64,000 bases of DNA from an uncultured archaeon (lineage in GTDB: Archaea; Aenigmatarchaeota; Aenigmatarchaeia; QMZP01; JAFGSV01), in contig CAZLFZ010000003.1 in NCBI GenBank assembly GCA_964559215.1, forward strand, positions 18,779 to 82,778, written 5' to 3'. Below are positions 63,701 to 64,000 of the stretch, in pieces. The stretch's first letter is position 1. Each line of letters begins with the position of its first letter. The notes beneath the pieces are model-generated. The model was not told the DNA's origin and did not search any database. It was given only the letters and a program-made list of their open reading frames with translations. A program made the translations under genes and the position numbers.

Positions 63701-64000
63701 CAACAACAGACTTGGTTATTAATGAAAGTGACAGCTTTGCAATGAACTGCACCGCTTTGGTTGGTCAGGATACGGGAGTTAACATGTCCTTCCAGTACAA
63801 TTACACAGGACAATCTAATTTTGTCAACATACCGACTTCTGGAGATAATTACATAGACTCCCCGAACCCTGAAGTTGATGTCAGTAACAACACGATGTAT
63901 AATCATACAGTTAAGTTAGGAATAAATGGTACTTATTATGTCAGATGTCAGATTTACAACAGCACATCAACACTCAACTCAACAGTGCGAAAAGTGACAG
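57778..64000 (+). CDS. giant N-glycosylated cell-surface protein, N-terminal part (>2030 codons; runs off the window); start at ATG 57778 or ATG 57901
   Basis: Frame open from 57778 to 64000 (hand-translated). N-terminus ..MAVAVSLVVTYAIPILILTLCLASGLASGLLLFKKKG.. is a signal-anchor. Contains a CarboxypepD_reg-like block (..DENGNTVFSINTSSDGTISQQAV..), probable beta-helix/Ig-like domains, and a domain shared with the 1-13736 gene product. Confidence 0.8.
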   Translation, partial: MYSGKRLGKRLGKRLAQIRFGCAPRLKSQSSVYILSFILSLMAVAVSLVVTYAIPILILTLCLASGLASGLLLFKKKGSSGQTEILVSIILMLLAAGSVVAYSAYNSTINSSFTGNFLAVGVNGTQNETPTIKIIEKTKTIEVWANTSLELGYFNNSVNTRLLLDNGSAVPNQTINFYLNNSLIESDLTDSDGYAEIGLNLENGTHFIRAEFTGNPKEYLNRAQAEIQVTIGLPEEENETWPDVDLSIPEEVTRGENLSITATVAGFNVTNITLDLILPEDFELLSGSKTIICDVIDSCINNLLVSTVNASLGEKEVTATASSGNLNISKTKTINVTENITQPEIKILKIEAPDIVNQSEEFEIKAFITSLYADSTNVTVQIGTSPEFEVDESGKLIQEIKENESVTLTWALKANSCGNYTLTVNAENQDGNKDSKSFELEVKCLPAEYDWISYDTETDTIRIVGDELHCTASNPCTLTDIYNADQANGWNQTEKLNSFFKINAKLTIGDGINETSVSSQNKYIFLNKPIEVLAKGDLKFGNPITGQGCWLDVNVSENDQLEYDSAIIVRDGGSLSFFDSSYRVFHPVESRCAPGYPNCTYERDIWIILNQASMSNIYAEEGVKVKLNRFDMQRNEFNFPTVFFLPSDAEINDTLFTHGGMYIELNGTVDINDVINEIKNSAVFPNKKNKSEGGRFTLAITQTENENIYPREELVNPFDPITKNTIACGPPIVVTAGTESNPETIENIAAACASVTKSGNYFEFSANLEVGNAADTVSWLQSLNDFIRINNNWRVLENAHLMFGSLSASGQPQQGSSMETVVGTQTCDQAAVCAYDDYNDADSGGEIRLYDTNYDVAHTTNRNNLDVGSTDSMDNEPYGGVSTAQLRIKRFTMERYEKHYNYMILYVPSNTTMDDYSFYSGRYGMEMAGEPVQEFTTVNIHDACAGIRICYSNGTVRGYKGYDNYLDVRMGFHQLILKDSEINESGLYGWAQCPDTTNYGDAWDTCGTGASGGTRYKRLLKLQNSFNVKVKDLSGIGIVNTSIKALDVRGDTSFGNLTDSDGILEEQMLSYRMYWNDTDDNPGGSADGPVFLKRATYTPHTITYKKYGKMFIEGVLSFSGPIALEQQLLDNPYTTLLSESEANAQTGIKYDPPGMVTYSDNEYGTVNASYQIKLENTPVTQSEFLSLLDESWPLEDGYTYQQSKQVPAGNITEIDYETGVVTFTPGYEGRSVRAVYSHGGSINITGTKNTSNIYDYMQANLSDVFSASTKTIYNSYVDIILGNSTNSGVINETEDITINIKEGYGFSASSQNGTIVNVLSGDWNFRWFADNGTFSRKYTLDVTVQNPDGEPIEEANVTLKDENGNTVFSINTSSDGTISQQAVTYAEYNYTGNQTFFPFTLSVTKSPYNPYSAPLDLDRKTSTTVTMSLPCDPDFSYEYEVLTGQDENTNRSAGAPNLTLSVIVYSGMKFDSENLEPNGFEIKAPKASWTSPDQEPGEQEAKVGDCPIFDSLFGSSNSYQTIPEIEDPYPKSEFGQTSEENEKSSPLNQILESAFKYIEKDITTLFNFNEELTVEEKPAYQKNEILMEPFVPRQRYKKSVIVNSDEHHENVETYSNIPEELSQEGYTIRLYHVGNDSRVDITDDEKYKVSFIDSDSNGLIDRVDWVIPHLSEEKFEVEAYITIINVQSYPALYGNWTVRFNTTGTANLTITAIDGTAFGRDIEFLELRCGDNILTTGLTDGVIFVENYSCDETGYEISKVLIAGKHTLEFRFGDDVEYAYNSPDEQATYNSTLGAPECTTGESACTAGSLVICMDNTLTTPEPNQPNTIDTCTDSAETTENCGETQEVDNITITKTGGGNFNPGDEVTISAMVHCDVASDWVNFFYTNDTGTINWQELSVDQGEDGCPGAGDMEFTRTFNLNDTIGKHAVRAVIVYNAQITIPCPTESDRDVDDLAFQVIAAGAPTLDNITMNAPTTDLVINESDSFAMNCTALVGQDTGVNMSFQYNYTGQSNFVNIPTSGDNYIDSPNPEVDVSNNTMYNHTVKLGINGTYYVRCQIYNSTSTLNSTVRKVT

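Overview
The window reads as an archaeal accessory-type region, probably from a Methanosarcinales/Methanomicrobia-like euryarchaeon. Evidence for that placement: at least five single-domain KaiC-like ATPases, several Walker-A-less KaiC/RecA-fold (MEDS-like) small proteins, giant cell-surface proteins packed with NxS/T sequons, many ATGA/GTGA start-stop overlaps, and AT-rich intergenic regions with TATA-like boxes. I could support about 40 protein-coding genes; no rRNA, tRNA, CRISPR array or transposase/IS was recognised. Layout, left to right: (1) 1-13736 (-) is the 5' part of an enormous surface-protein gene (>4570 codons) built from about 4.2-4.9 kb tandem super-repeats. (2) 14.2-19.8 kb holds a PIN-ATPase-KH protein, a SemiSWEET transporter, a CBS-MEDS-like fusion, and a KaiC gene translationally coupled to a chimeric KaiC-fragment/wHTH ORF. 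(3) 19813-25857 (-) is a second giant surface protein (2014 aa) with a Cys/Trp 'WNCTAW' repeat array and a Lys/Glu-rich cytoplasmic repeat tail. (4) 26-35.4 kb is a signalling island: KaiC, three MEDS-like small proteins, a PAS-PAS protein, a HAMP sensor, two solute-binding proteins, a histidine kinase and a CheY-like regulator. (5) 35.5-40.5 kb is an HMGL-like synthase followed by two UbiA prenyltransferases in one overlapping operon, then a V4R-like protein and an aminotransferase. (6) 40.6-42.6 kb has two more KaiC genes, one coupled to an AbrB-like small protein. (7) 42999-49810 (-) is an operon of GT2 polyprenyl-phosphate hexose synthase, a LAB_N small membrane protein and a GT-C (PMT/DUF2723-like) transferase, directly upstream of a 1422-aa LamG-containing giant surface protein. 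(8) 50-55.6 kb is a sulfo/phosphoester cluster (atypical sulfatase-like protein, PAPS-reductase-like, TauE/SafE, type-I phosphodiesterase) with a duplicated gene-fragment scar. (9) 55.7-57.8 kb has wHTH regulators (one membrane-tethered with a sequon-rich ectodomain) and an AlbA_2 protein. (10) 57778/57901 to >64000 (+) is a third giant surface protein running off the window. Coordinates derived by hand (alternative starts, small repeats) may be off by 1 nt.
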